A stretch of 63,565 nucleotides of DNA, filler included, from Octopus bimaculoides (Eukaryota), in assembly GCF_001194135.2 (NCBI RefSeq). It is 4 parts of 4 records of this genome, joined end to end, with 100 filler letters (N's around TTAATTAATTAA, not from the genome) between each part and the next. Parts side by side here need not be neighbours in the genome. Positions count along the whole stretch, not along the records: positions 21,020 to 44,785 come from NC_068981.1; positions 44,886 to 60,236 come from NC_069001.1; 2 more parts are not named here. The stretch is one strand, 5' to 3'. Below are positions 39,686 to 53,046 of this stretch, one piece after another. Position numbers and translations under genes: made by a program. The notes beneath the pieces are model-generated. The model was not told the origin of the DNA. It did not search any database and saw only the letters and a list, made by a program, of their open reading frames with translations. How positions within the stretch are numbered: the first letter of the stretch is position 1; each line of letters starts with the position of its first letter.

Positions 39686-40241
39686 GAGTGAGAGAGCAGC
39701 GCAAGCCATCAAAGTGACACTGGGGTACAAATATACGGAGACCAATATACACATCAGGACTACCCGTCTGATAAATTAACACACAAGGCACATGCATCAC
39801 AACCATATGTGCATGAAATGGTGACCTTTATCAAGATGAACAGCGCATGACCTTGTATGTGGAGCCCAGTTAGAATTTTCTTCAGGTTGTGTAGCCCATC
39901 CTGCTCAAAGTGTCCTTGAATAAAGTTTGTTAAAGGATGATGAATGAAACACCCATATTTTCAGAGGTGAATTGTTCAAGCCCCACAGAATTCTTCTTAA
40001 CACATAGCTCTGATGCACCCCCACTACTTCTGCTCGCGATCAGCGATGCACATATCGTCAGCTCCTAAGGAAAATGCTTAACTGGTTAAGGTCAACCAAC
40101 TGACAAGCAAATTTGTGGTATTGAGCAGTATATTTGCTGTAGACCTTCGTTCATACCAAGACAAAACAATGTACATGATAACACTTTCAATCAGTTAAGA
40201 TCAAAAGCCATGGTCGCAAGCGCCTTGTATTGCATCAAGGC
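39686..40241 (-). mobile_element. ~555-bp non-coding interspersed repeat ending in CAA(TAA)n (putative non-autonomous retroelement)
   Basis: Discrete complex-sequence block abutting (TTA)n on the left, with attatt on the right flank; no ORF; I recall it as an Octopus repeat but cannot verify that here. Confidence 0.5.
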
Positions 40242-40569
40242 ATTATTCCGCCGAAGTCGACTTTGCTTTTCATCCGTTCGGAGTCGATAAAATAACTACC
40301 AGTTGAACAATGATATCGATGTAAGCCCCTTCCCCCAAAATTGCTGCCCTTGTGAAAAAATTTGAAACCATTGTTATTATTGTTATTATTGTTATTATTT
40401 TTGTTGGCATCTTCTTTCAATTCCGTTTCAATTTCTTGCCGAGTGTCTTCCCGACACCTATGGCAGAGAAACGTACTGTATACATTGGTAAGTCAGTAAA
40501 ATAAACACCAGATTGTTCATTTGCAAAGTCATGTGATAGAGAAAAAAGGAAAAAAAAAAAGTAAACAAA

Positions 40570-41035
40570 GGTGTAGGAGTGGCTGTGTGGTAAGTAGCTT
40601 GCTTACGAACCGCATTGTCCCGGGTTCAGTCCCACAGCGTGGCACCTTGGGCAAGTGTCTTTTACTACAACCTCGGGCCGACCAAAGCCTTGTGAGTGGA
40701 TTTGGTAGACGGAAACTGAAAGAAGCCCGTCGTATATATGTATATATATGTATTTGTGTGTGTATATATTTGTGCGTCTGTGTTTGTCCCCCCCCCAACA
40801 ACGCTTGACAACCGATGTTGGCATGTTTACGTCCTCGTAACTTAGCGGTTCGGCAATAGAGACCGATAGAATAAGTACTAGCCTTACAAAGAATAAGTCC
40901 TGGGGTCGATTTGCTCGACTACGGGCGGTGCTCCAGCTTGGCCACAGTCAGATGACTGCAACAAGTAAAAGAGTAAAGGTGGTGCTCCAGCTTGGCCGCT
41001 GTCAAATGACTGAAACAAATAAAAGAATAGAAAAA
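40570..41035 (+). mobile_element. SINE family A, full length, with tandemly duplicated 3' end
   Basis: A/B boxes, GCACCTTGGGCAAGTGTC core; ggtgctccagcttggcc..atgactg.aacaa repeated at ~40928 and ~40981. Confidence 0.9.
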
Positions 41036-41070
41036 TAATTAAAATAAAGGGAGGGAAAAGGAAAGAAAAT

Positions 41071-44000
41071 TCACATCGACAATGTTCTTCTCAACATGTA
41101 CCAGTTAAGACAATCTTTTGCACTTCCTGTATGGATGGTAAATCAGGGATCATTCTTAAATAATTTTCGGTTACTTTTTTGATCATTCTAAGTGCTCTTA
41201 GAATAACTGGAATTGTAACCGTCTTATGATGCCACATCTTTTCGATTTCGATTGGCAAATCATTATATTTTCTGAGCTTATCAAATTCTTTTGTCGAGAT
41301 ATTATGGTTAGAGAGTATGCTCGTGTCAATCAATAAACATACTTTATTGCTTTGGTCTTTCACAACAATATCTGGGTTATTTGCTTTGATGGTCATGTTT
41401 GTACATACTGAGAAGTCCCTAATAATAGTTACATTTTCTTCCTCCGTTACAGTCTCAGAGTGGTGCTTGTACCATTTGTCAGCAGTGGTGGTTTTGTATG
41501 AGATTTCAAATCGGATCAAGTCTCGCCCCACTTGAGCTGTAGGCAGGTAAAGATGACCTACGCCTGCCTTTGGATAATGCATCTTATTGCAAGTCAGCAG
41601 CTTACGGATTTTCCTGCCACTCTTCCTTATTTTGCTCATATTCTAGTTCAAAACATTGAAACTGCTAAGGAATTTATAGCTAACACCTTTTTACGTGCAT
41701 TTAACTCGGATTTTAGGACTGCTCGAACTCTTCTGTAACAGCCTTTCCTTGTCTTCTCTTTCAGACTTGCATGTTGAATGCCAGAGCCCTCATTTATTCC
41801 GAGATATTTGTAAGTTTGATCCTGCTTGAGTGCTTTTATGACTGTGTTAACATCCAACACCAATGAATCTGAGGTCTTCAATTTCCCCTTCTGAAAAGTA
41901 ACCTTGGCACATTTATCAAGGCCAAATTCCATCCCGATGTCATCACTGAATACTTTTACAGTACTTAGTAATCCTTCAGCCTCATTATCGTCTTTGCCAT
42001 AGCGTTTTAAGCCATCCATATAAAATAGATGACTTATTTTCTTGTCGCCAATTTTATATCCATACCCTGTTCTGTTAAGTTCACTTCTAAGGGTAATAAG
42101 GGCTATACGAAAAATTAAAGGTGAAATGAGTCACCTTGGAAAATGCCGCAGTTGATACTAATATTTTTTCTGGTCAGTACTCCATCAGAGTGTTATAATT
42201 GGAGATTTGTATTTCACATTGACATGTTGTGCTTCAGGAAGTTTGAAAACACAGGAGAAAATTTGAATATATCCAGCGATTTCAAGATCCGTGAATGCGG
42301 TATGCTGTCGAAGGCCTTTTTATAATCAATCCATACAGAACTAAGATTTTTACGTTTGTTATGACAGTTCTGAAGGATCATGCGATTGATTAAGAGTTGG
42401 TCTTTGCATCCATATGACCCTCGTCAAAACCCTTTTTGGTCAGTGGGGAAAATATCGTTGTTCCATAAATTTGTATATTTTCTCCACGAGGATGCATGTG
42501 GAAATTTTATATGTGGTTGACAGACATGTTATGGGCCGATTGTTTTGGGGAGCTTTGGTTTCGTTATCATTCAGGAGTAAGTAACTAACCAATCAGGTGT
42601 TTTCGTACGATCTCTTATAATCTCATTGAACAACTGGACTAACTTTTCGTGTCGCACGGAAGCGAGGCGAGTCAGAAATTTGGAACCCTATCATTACCAG
42701 GGGATTTCCACTTATGAGCCTTCGTGAGTGTCATCCTTAGGTCTACTACTGTGATGTCTTCCCATGCATGTTCTGGTAAGTTTAGTAGGATCTTTCTTTG
42801 CGTCTAACTCAGTCTACATTTTCATTGTAAGTCTTTCCATCACTCCAGATATTTTTCCAAAAGTTTTCAACTTCTCCCATGGCAAGGAGGTGGTCTTCAA
42901 CGGTTACTTTCTCCTTTCCTATTTCTCTGTAGAATGTTTTCACATTGGATGTGAACAGCTTATTTTGCTTGTAAAATGTGTTTCTCTTCTCAAAACCATA
43001 TTCTTTGAACTTTTACTTGGACTTTTGTTGCAGTGTTTCGTTTGCTGAAAGCAGTTCTTCTGTTGGTGAGAATGTATGTCTTCTCTTCATCTTTCTTCCT
43101 TTTCTAGTCTTTACAATGTTTCCACAGATTAATTCATTCAATATTGATATTTCACCTCTCATTAATTCAATCTGTTTTTCAATTTTACTTTTCCAGTTTA
43201 GAATTCTTCACAGGTTTGTATTTCTTTGCCTTTTCAGAGGCATACAACTCGTTTCAATTGTCTTAGCAGCTGCGTAAATAGTTTCATTTAATTCAGTGAG
43301 ATTTAGTTTTCATTCTTGTATAATTTGCTTTGTTACATAGTTTTAGTTTCCAATTTTCATTTGCTTTTTATTTTGAATTGTATTTGAGAGCTTACGAAGT
43401 GGTTCTTTATCATGCATATTGGCATATCTTACAACTGAAAGCTTATTCAGGATTTTCTGCTTCACTTCTATCATAGACTCTCTATTTTCTTCAATAAACG
43501 TGTAGTCTTCAATATTGATTTTTTACCACTTTTCTCGCTATCGTAATCAAGTTCATTACAATTTATTTCTCCAGACGTCTATAGGTTCTGGTCAAATGGC
43601 AGTCTTTCAGTTGAGACTATTGGAGAGTTGCTCTCTTCGTCTGGTTCTTCATTTCCTTTCTCTCTTATATTTAGGTCATTTTCCACTGCATGCTTGATAA
43701 CGATTATTTCATTATCTGTGAGTCGTTTATTTCTGAAGATATCCCTCCTCGCATTTGCTAACTTATTTTCGTCCAAATATATTCTGCTGTCTTGATTTCG
43801 TGTTCTCCATATTTAATAAGAGTCTGTGGTGTGTTTTTCTTCAGACGGCCTACCTAATGCATATTAATAGGTATATATTACTTCTGTAAACTCTTCTCGG
43901 GTCCACTTGATCCTCTTACATTTTTCTTCCTTTGGTGGATGTGGTAGTGGATTTGGAGGGCTCGAGTGGGCGCAGTTTCCGTTCAAGTGACCATCCAGGT

Positions 44001-44330
44001 TCTTATTCGGAGAAGAGTTTGTGTCAGTGGTTGAATTTTCGACCCCAGGTTGGCTCTCTCCTAGGGAACACGCTTCTGTATTGACCATAGGAAAGCTATT
44101 TTGTGTACTGTTGCAGTTTTCCTTTTTGTTTCCTAATTCATATTTGTGCTACATTGAAATTATTAGTACTGAGCCCTGTACTAAGGTAGATGTAGAGACG
44201 GTTGTTTTCTCTACTATTGTCGATTCCGGGTCATCGTTAGTTACCACCAATAGTGCCTTGATCTGTATCGTTGCGGCTAACCTTATTTAAATTTGCCACC
44301 TTTGCTCCTACTACTGTGTGGTATTATTAA
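41071..44330 (-). mobile_element. Near full-length decayed R4/Dong-clade LINE (N-terminal domain, RT, RLE) with internal deletion; 5' boundary approximate
   Basis: KRIKWTREE..KLANARRDI; RPITCLST; WIDYKKAFDSIPH; GIFQGDS; SHLFYMDGLKRY; EFGLDKC; YKYLGI; NNPDIVVKD..LLID; VQKIVLTG; many stops. Confidence 0.92.
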
Positions 44331-44646
44331 ATGTTGTTTAGTTTTGACTTTTGTCTTGTACTTGAGATAATCATAAATATGTGACCTTTGGGGGAATAGT
44401 AGGAGGAAGTGAAAGCAGCTTAGTGAATAGACCAAATTCCACAAGTCTGTAAATAGTTTCAGCAGATGGTGAGAAGGGGATCAACAATGGGCTTTCGCAT
44501 TCCTGTGTGATAAGGACACAAAAGAAGCCTCAGACCCTTGGGTTCAGTAGAGGTCAAATGTGTTTACTACTACTAGTGATCAATGAGAGCGCTGACCTTA
44601 GTCTTGGAAAGAAGCAATTCACCTTTTTCTGTTTTTAATTACTGAT

Positions 44647-44693
<47 letters not shown>

Positions 44694-44889
44694 GAGAATA
44701 TACAAAAAATAACAACAGACGAGGACAGGTGGTGTAAATAACAAAAGTATATATTAGTATGACGCTCGGGAATACGGAATATATANNNNNNNNNNNNNNN
44801 NNNNNNNNNNNNNNNNNNNNNNNNNNNNNTTAATTAATTAANNNNNNNNNNNNNNNNNNNNNNNNNNNNNNNNNNNNNNNNNNNNAAAT

Positions 44890-45240
44890 AGCTTGCGGTG
44901 TGATGGTGGAAAAAAGACAACAAGAAGCAAAAGGACAGAATGAAATGTTGGACCTTACCTTGTCGACCGCAGCGGAGTGCACGATCGCTCCTGATCAGAA
45001 CACGTCTTTCTCGTAACCTCTCTGTTTTCTGACTGACCCCACGTGCTAGCCTTCGACCGCGTGTGGCCGACTTCCGGTCTGACCCTTCCGGTCTGACCCT
45101 TCCGGTCTGACCCTTCCGGTTTGACCCTTCCGGTCTGGCTTCACTTCTGTTTGCCTCACCTCTCTCCACCACAACACACAGCTCATCACCGCCCATAACA
45201 CCACAGATTCCTTATATATTTCGAGTGAATCACTCACAGA
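44890..45240 (-). promoter_or_regulatory. CpG-rich module: TATA-like box, 14-bp ETS-site tandem array, strong 5' splice donor (probably a repeat-element promoter)
   Basis: Minus TATATAAG 45218-45211; (cttccggtctgacc)x5 at 45071-45137; AAG|GTAAGG at 44959/44958. Confidence 0.45.
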
Positions 45241-45432
45241 GGGGAAACAACAATGAATTATTACAAACCAGAGACCGATTCGGTGATCTTCGGGTTGTAA
45301 TAATTTGTTATACTTCTGTCGAAGCGATTCACACCAAATATATCTGTTTCTTTCCGGCTAAATTCACATCTGACTGTTCAAAGAACACTTCAAAAGTAAG
45401 TAGAAACAACTTCTCTTGAAAACGGACAAAAT

Positions 45433-45643
45433 TTGGTATTTAGAAGGGGAACGGAGAGTGTTAAAGATGACCCAAAGTCTGGACGTCCTGCCACCACCGA
45501 GGAAAACATCGATCGTGTCCACTACATGGCGGTTGATGACAGGCGATTGATTATAAATCAAATAGCCAATACTATTAGCATATCTCATGAGAGAGTTGAG
45601 AATATTCTGCACAATGAGCTTGACATGACGAAGGTCCCTGCTC
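45433..45643 (+). mobile_element. Mariner transposase fragment (HTH region)
   Basis: FRRGTESVKDDPKSGRPATTEENIDRV..DDRRLIINQIA..ILHNELDMTKVPA, ending just before the WVP motif. Confidence 0.8.
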
Positions 45644-45644
45644 A

Positions 45645-46557
45645 TGAGGGGTGTTCATTAAAAATTTTCCTGGCCCACTTCTGGTTATTGCAGGAAACAA
45701 AACTTATACATGTATAATCATACATGTCTCCACGTATTCGTTTGTCTTTTACGGCTGCTGAAGTGTTACAATGGAGGGAGTTGAATACAGATCAGTGATC
45801 AGGTTCCTATATTTGAAAGGTCATACACCAAAAGAAACTTTTGATGAAATGGAAGAAGTTTATGGTGACGATGCACTATCATACAACGTAGTCAAGCACT
45901 GGTATCGCCAGTTCAAATGTGGTCGGACATCGGTGGAAACTGCTTCCATTCTTGGACGACCACATTCCGCTATTGATGACGACACCATCTATAAAGTGGA
46001 AGCCACTATTTTGGAGAATCACTGCATAACTATTCGACAAGTGACCCAAGAAGTGAAGATAAGGGTAGGGTCCGTGGAAAAATTCCTTCACGACTATTTG
46101 CAAATGCAGAAGTTGTCTGTACGATGGATTCCCCGGATGATCACACCTTTTCAGAAGCAGAAATGAGGCAATTGCCCCCAGGCTCTTTTGGCAATGTGCC
46201 AAGAAAACTAGGAGGACTTTTTCGGTATACTTATCACACAGGATGAAACATGGGTCCATCACTATGATCCTGAGACTAAAGTCCAGTTGAAGCATTGAAA
46301 ATATGATAACTCATCCACCTCCAAAGAAGGTTCGTGCCCAACCCTCAGTAGGCTAGGTGATGCTCACAGTCTTTGGATTTTCTGGCAAAGGGCACCACAC
46401 TTAATGGGGCATATTATGCTTCTCTGCTGCAGAAATTGGGGGATGCCATCAAAGCAGAGAGGTGTGGCATGCTGACCAAAGGAGTCCGCCTCCTCCAAGA
46501 CAACGTCCCAGTTCACAATGCACATGTTTCCCAGATGGAAGCACACCCCTGCGGCTA
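45645..46557 (+). mobile_element. Mariner transposon (irritans-like), decayed transposase, 3' end in gap
   Basis: TIR-like gaggggtgttca; MEGVEYRSVIRFLYLKG..RWIPRM..TQDETWVHHYDPETK..LLQDNVPVH; stops and a small deletion. Confidence 0.9.
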
Positions 46558-46863
46558 NNNNNNNNNNNNNNNNNNNNNNNNNNNNNNNNNNNNNNNNNNN
46601 NNNNNNNNNNNNNNNNNNNNNNNNNNNNNNNNNNNNNNNNNNNNNNNNNNNNNNNNNNNNNNNNNNNNNNNNNNNNNNNNNNNNNNNNNNNNNNNNNNNN
46701 NNNNNNNNNNNNNNNNNNNNNNNNNNNNNNNNNNNNNNNNNNNNNNNNNNNNNNNNNNNNNNNNNNNNNNNNNNNNNNNNNNNNNNNNNNNNNNNNNNNN
46801 NNNNNNNNNNNNNNNNNNNNNNNNNNNNNNNNNNNNNNNNNNNNNNNNNNNNNNNNNNNNNNN

Positions 46864-46927
<64 letters not shown>

Positions 46928-46928
<1 letters not shown>

Positions 46929-47083
46929 GACGGGATTCTTTCAGTTTTCGTCTACCAAATCCACACAAGTCTTTAGTCGGCCCGACGTAGTAGAAGTCAC
47001 TTACCCAAGGGGTGTCACGCAATAGGACTGAACCCGGAACCATGTGGCTGAGATGCAAACTTCTTACCACACAGCCACGGCTC
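46928..47083 (-). mobile_element. SINE family A 5' half
   Basis: Reverse-complement head/core match. Confidence 0.8.
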
Positions 47084-48406
47084 TACACACACACAAATAT
47101 AAACTAACTCAGTGTTTGTATTCACGGCCGCCAGACACTTAACTGCGACTCTTGACAGATGATAATTAATCAATGCTTATATTTATTGAGTATTCTTGTC
47201 CTATGGAACAATTTGGTGATGGCAATAAGGAGCTTTTATTTTAAGGGTCTTAGGCTGAACGGTTTTTTTTTCTTTTTTAATTATAGTCTTCCATAAAAGG
47301 TTCATTGCTATAATGGTTCTGCAGAGAAGAGCTCCAAAACCCAACATACACGCTGGATATTGCATCCGTATTCTTTCCAAGAGAACTTTGTTTTACAATG
47401 GCTGATGCCTCTTTGCTTCTCGCCCGCAAAGAACGGTCATGTTTGATTTCTCCGTCTCCCTATGGATCACGGCAGTTTTCTGATGTGCGTGTTGTCTTAC
47501 TTGAAACGGTTTGTCTCGTTTCATCTTTATATTTCTTGTCACGACTGCATACGTTGCAATGCACACAGTTCTTCGCCATTGATTTCTCCCGATTGCGGCT
47601 TTGTATGGGAGAGATGTACATGCAAACATATATATAACGGTTTTGCTCACTGAAGTGACAACCTGGACCGTCAAAACCTTGTCAATAGATTTAGTAGGCG
47701 GAAACTGAAAAAAGCCCATCGCGCGCGCGTGTGTGTGTGTGTATTTGTGCATGGGTATGTTTACAACTCCTAGTCTTAACATTGCACAACGGTCGTAGAC
47801 AAGCATAAGTGTCATACAAACGGTGTAATTCGTTTTCCAATCTTCCGAGAAAAAAATGTCCAGCCATGATGAAATATTATCTTGCGCTTGGAAGTAGGTG
47901 ATGGTTAGAGACCAGAACGATATCCGATCACTGTAAAATCCATTTGAAGTAATCGCTTCTGACGCATGCAAACGTACAAAGGCGGACCTTAAAACGAGGA
48001 TGTTGGTGATCATGATGACGATGCTACGTTTTGTAAACACACAAACACACAAACACACAAACATAAATACACAGTCAAACAAGAAACAGAAAAAGAATGA
48101 AAGCCAACTGGGTTTAGCCATTCAAGAGCAGCCCTTCATTATTCATAAAAACTCGTAGATACAAATGCAACCGTTTACAGGTAGCAGATAAAATAACTTG
48201 TACAAAGGACCGATATAGTATATAAACACAGTGTTTGCAGATACAATTTCAAAAGAATAGACAGTCCTGATTCCTGCAGTCTAATGCACTCTTGGGAATA
48301 TCAAATCATTGCTGGATCCTACTGTATTTGTAGCAAGCAAGCAGGGAAAAGCGTTTGGTTGTTTTTGTATTTTTTTTTTAATATTTATAATACATAAGTG
48401 TGTAAG

Positions 48407-48440
<34 letters not shown>

Positions 48441-49050
48441 NNNNNNNNNNNNNNNNNNNNNNNNNNNNNNNNNNNNNNNNNNNNNNNNNNNNNNNNNNNN
48501 NNNNNNNNNNNNNNNNNNNNNNNNNNNNNNNNNNNNNNNNNNNNNNNNNNNNNNNNNNNNNNNNNNNNNNNNNNNNNNNNNNNNNNNNNNNNNNNNNNNN
48601 NNNNNNNNNNNNNNNNNNNNNNNNNNNNNNNNNNNNNNNNNNNNNNNNNNNNNNNNNNNNNNNNNNNNNNNNNNNNNNNNNNNNNNNNNNNNNNNNNNNN
48701 NNNNNNNNNNNNNNNNNNNNNNNNNNNNNNNNNNNNNNNNNNNNNNNNNNNNNNNNNNNNNNNNNNNNNNNNNNNNNNNNNNNNNNNNNNNNNNNNNNNN
48801 NNNNNNNNNNNNNNNNNNNNNNNNNNNNNNNNNNNNNNNNNNNNNNNNNNNNNTAGGTCAAGAAAAGAAGAAAAAAATAGAGAGTAACAGCAGCAACAAG
48901 AAGAACAATAATAATGATAATGATGATGATGATGATAATAATAATAATAATAATAATAATATTGATAGTATAAAGTATAAAAATCAGACCACAAATTTCA
49001 GAGAGAGAGAAAAAAAAAAAGAAAAAGAACAAAATATACACGATTCAGAT

Positions 49051-49088
49051 TGACCTTTAACCTCTCATCGACTTTGACCCTCTGACCT
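49051..49088. promoter_or_regulatory. Cluster of nuclear-receptor half-sites (DR1-like and DR2-like)
   Basis: TGACCT-t-TAACCT at 49051-49063 and TGACCC-tc-TGACCT at 49075-49088. Confidence 0.35.
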
Positions 49089-50762
49089 CTGTTGCTATAA
49101 CCACCGGTTTGATTTCCATTAAAAAAAAAAAAGAAAGTAATTTGTTAGAAAAGAAAAAGAAACGAAACGAAAGTATTGTCTTTCATTTTTTAGTTATTTA
49201 AAATAATCGAATATCGATTTGAAGATAAGACAGACGATAAATCATTTATGAATGTAGCGTATGCGTTTGTTATAGGGTAGATGTGACCTCGCTAGAAAAT
49301 TGAACATGGTCTTCGAGAGCGATAGAATTGGTAATAAAGAAAGAGAAAACTGATAGCCACCACTGACCAACCTCGAAGCCCGTTCCTCTATTTTCAAATG
49401 TGTACAATGCTTGTTTATTTTTTCTTTCAAAAAGGACAGAAAATGTATTAATTCATAATTATATATTGTATATATTGTTTAGAGGAGGGACAAAAGAACA
49501 GCAACAATTACACCGAAAATGAAAAAGTACAAATATTCTCAACGAATGATTTGAAGTGCGAGAGAAAGAAATAGCAAAAAAGTTTTTTTTATGCAAGGGA
49601 CATAACTGGTGATTCATATTTCTGCTTAGATAGAGTTACCTTACCTTGTCTTTACTATTTTTATAAAATAGTTTAAGATTTTAATTTTCTAAACGTCACA
49701 TATTACAATTTTAGAATTTTTTTGTTGTTCTTTTTTTGTTTATTTTTTAATTTAATTTAAAAATCGTACTTTTTAAGAGATATCACATTATAAAGAGTAA
49801 ATTGAAAATAAAGGTAAAAAAAGAGTCTTTAGAAGTAAGCTAGAATATGTTTTGTTCTTTTTTTTTGTGTGTGTTTATTTTTTATATATAAAAGAATATT
49901 GGTAATACTGTAAATATTTCGATAAAAGGAGAAAATAATATAAAGAATATATATATATAATTTTGAATAGTAAAAAAAAAAAGTTCAACTCTCACAAAGG
50001 GGAGACAACTATACTTTAAATATTTGGAACGTCACAAGTCACTCACCCAAGTCACCAACAATAAATTCTCAACGCAGCCACGTGTTTTATTTTGTTAAAA
50101 CTGTTGCTTTCTAAAATATCATTATACTTAATAAATTGTATAAATTCCCGCTATCGTTTGTGTCTGTATCGACCTAAACGTTTCCGCGGTCCTTGTAGCC
50201 AATAAGAAACTGTTTTCATGGAATATAATAAAGTTCATAACAACCCTTTATTCTCCTTTATTACAATTTCTTATTACTACCCCGTACTTAACCGACGCTT
50301 CGTTCTGAAGCATATATAAAGGGAATTCTAAAGTCGCTATGCCCCAACGAAATATTATAACAGAATATAATGTATGGCTTAACGTTATTATTTCAAACCA
50401 GCCCAGTTTTGATTAAACAACTAAGGATATTTGTTCAATTAATGACGATCTCATATTTTTATGAGGCATAATGTATCTTGGGCTAACTATATTAGCCAAC
50501 GCGTCCTTCCTTCCCTCCCATACATATTTCAAGTATTTTGACAGTAAGGATATAGGCTTGTTAACTTTTAATCCTGGTATATAACTGGTACATTAAGTGA
50601 TCGACAGTGGCAGATTAAGTAAACTGTGAATTGAACACAGAACATAAAGGATTGCAACTGCATACCACAAAACATTCTGTCTGGCACTGTACCATTTCTG
50701 CCTTTATAATTTAATTTGCTTTCAGGTTCACTATTTAAAAAAAAAAAAAAATTATATATCTC

Positions 50763-51148
50763 ACAGGTGTGGCTGTGTGCTAAGAAGCTTGCTTCCAAAC
50801 CACATGGTTCCAGGTTCACTCCTACTGCATGGGCACCTTGGGCAAGCATTTTCTACTATAACCTCGAGTCAGCTAAAGCATTGTAGTAGATAGAAACTGA
50901 AAGAAGCCCATTGTATCTATATATGTGTGTGTGTGTGTCCATGTTTGTACTCCTGCCATCACTTGACAACCGATGCTGGTGTGTTTATGTCCCCGTAACT
51001 TATGAGGTTTAGCAAAATGGACCGATAGAATAAGCACTAGGCTTATAAAGAATAAGTCCTGGGAGGAGGGTCGATTTCTTCAACTAAAACCCTTTAAACT
51101 GGTGCCCCAGCATGGTCACAGCCAAATGAATGAAACAAGTAAAAGGAT
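50763..51148 (+). mobile_element. SINE family A
   Basis: Head, core, internal (TA)(TG) tract and 3' end all match the family. Confidence 0.85.
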
Positions 51149-53046
51149 AGAAGTGTCTTTTCCATAGGGGCCGACTGATTTACTGCAGTGAATTGGGTTG
51201 AGATTCAGTGACGTTCATGCTTTTCTGTGAGAATGTTTAGTGTAAGTGAAGTGAATTCACTTTAACCGGGAAAGGAAATTTGTTTCAGAACTTAAATGAC
51301 ACCAATCATTATCATATGTTCTATGCCTCACCTCTGCCACCCAACACTCCCCTTCCTCTGCCTTGCACCCTAAACCTCCTTCTTCTCTGCCTTGTTATCC
51401 CAACACTCTTCCCCTTCTCCTCTCACACTCCCTCTTCTCAGCTTTGCCGAAAGTAAGGAAGTTTTATTTGTATATTTGAAACAGAGTAAGAGGCTAACTC
51501 TTCTTGAAGAGGAATGAAAAGGATTAACCAAACCCTTGTATATTACTGGTACTGTACTTCTATATACATAAAAATAATCCCAGAGGGATGGACATAATTA
51601 ATTGCCAACTGAAAGAGATTGGAACTGCAATTTACACTGGTTTCAATTTCTGTCACAAGGCCAGTAATTTTGAGGGGAGGGGAAAAAGTCAATTACATCA
51701 ACCCCAGTGACCAACTGGTACTTTACTTTATCAAACCCTGAAAGATGAAAGGGAAGCTTGACCTTAGCAGATTTTGCACTCAGAACATAAAAATGGACAA
51801 AGTGCTGCTAAGCATTTTCGCCAGGTCTGCCAATGGTTCTGCCAGCCCTTCACCTTATCTCAGAATGTAATCATACAAAGCATTTTTTCTGATGCTCTGA
51901 CAGCCATGAACTCATAAAGTTTATCGAATCAACACAACAGCAGACGACTGGTATTTGTTTCCTAAATCTTAGAAGGAGGCAGGGGTAACAAGACGAAGTT
52001 GACGTTGGTGGTGGGATTTGAACTAGGAAAGCAGAGGTGTGCAACTAAATGACTCTGATATATATATACATATATATATCTTTGCTTATGGTCTGCATGA
52101 AACACCACTGAGATGCTGACAGACATGGGATACATTCATGGACAAATGATAAAGTTGGATACAATATGAAAGAGAGCAGTAAACTCAGAAAAACAGACAC
52201 ATGCTTACACACACACACACACACAAACACTTAACATATATACATACATAGACTGATTCATATATACAAATACAAACAGATACATACACATTTATGTATC
52301 TATGTATGTGGTACACTTGAACAATTGTAAAGATTACTTCACATGAAACCACTGGTTGCCTTGTTAAACCACAAATAAAATACACACATACACACACACA
52401 TATATGGACAACTACATATATACATTCATTAATACATACATGTGAACAGCAATGTAACTAGGAAAATTTTCTTCCGAAAATATGTCTAGGTAGAAAATGT
52501 GACATTTATTGTTAAATAGAAATCTCTCCATTAGAAAAAGCACACACACACACACACACATGTGCATACACACACTCGTACTTATTGTACTATAAAAATA
52601 CAATAAAATATAGCCAGCAAAAAGAAAAAAAAAACTCTCCATAGAAAAAAATGCATGCAGTCACATGCATCCACATAATCACATGCACATACATATGCAT
52701 GCATGCATTTATTGTACTATAAAAAGAATACAATAAAAAAATAACCAGCAAGGTCTTCCACAAAATATATCCAGTTTGAGAAGAAGGTGGAGGAGGAGGA
52801 GAAGAAAAAGGAGGAGGAGAAGAAGAAGACTGAAACAAAGTTAGAAAAGAAAAGATGTTTCTATCAAACTCGACGTATTTTACAGATTTAATTAGAAAAT
52901 TTTTTAAAGGAATTATAATGAATGCTCAGAGTGGCTGTTTGTGTATGTGTATCCCAGCATATATATATATGTGTGTGAGTACGTTGCTGTCCTCTGATGA
53001 AACACAGTGAGTCAACTGACTGTACTTTGTCAAAGAATAACTATTT

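Noticed and set aside
47393-48121. 242-aa minus-strand ORF in CpG-richer sequence
   Set aside because: Crosses a SINE fragment and a (CA)/(GC) repeat; no recognisable domain or splice signals.
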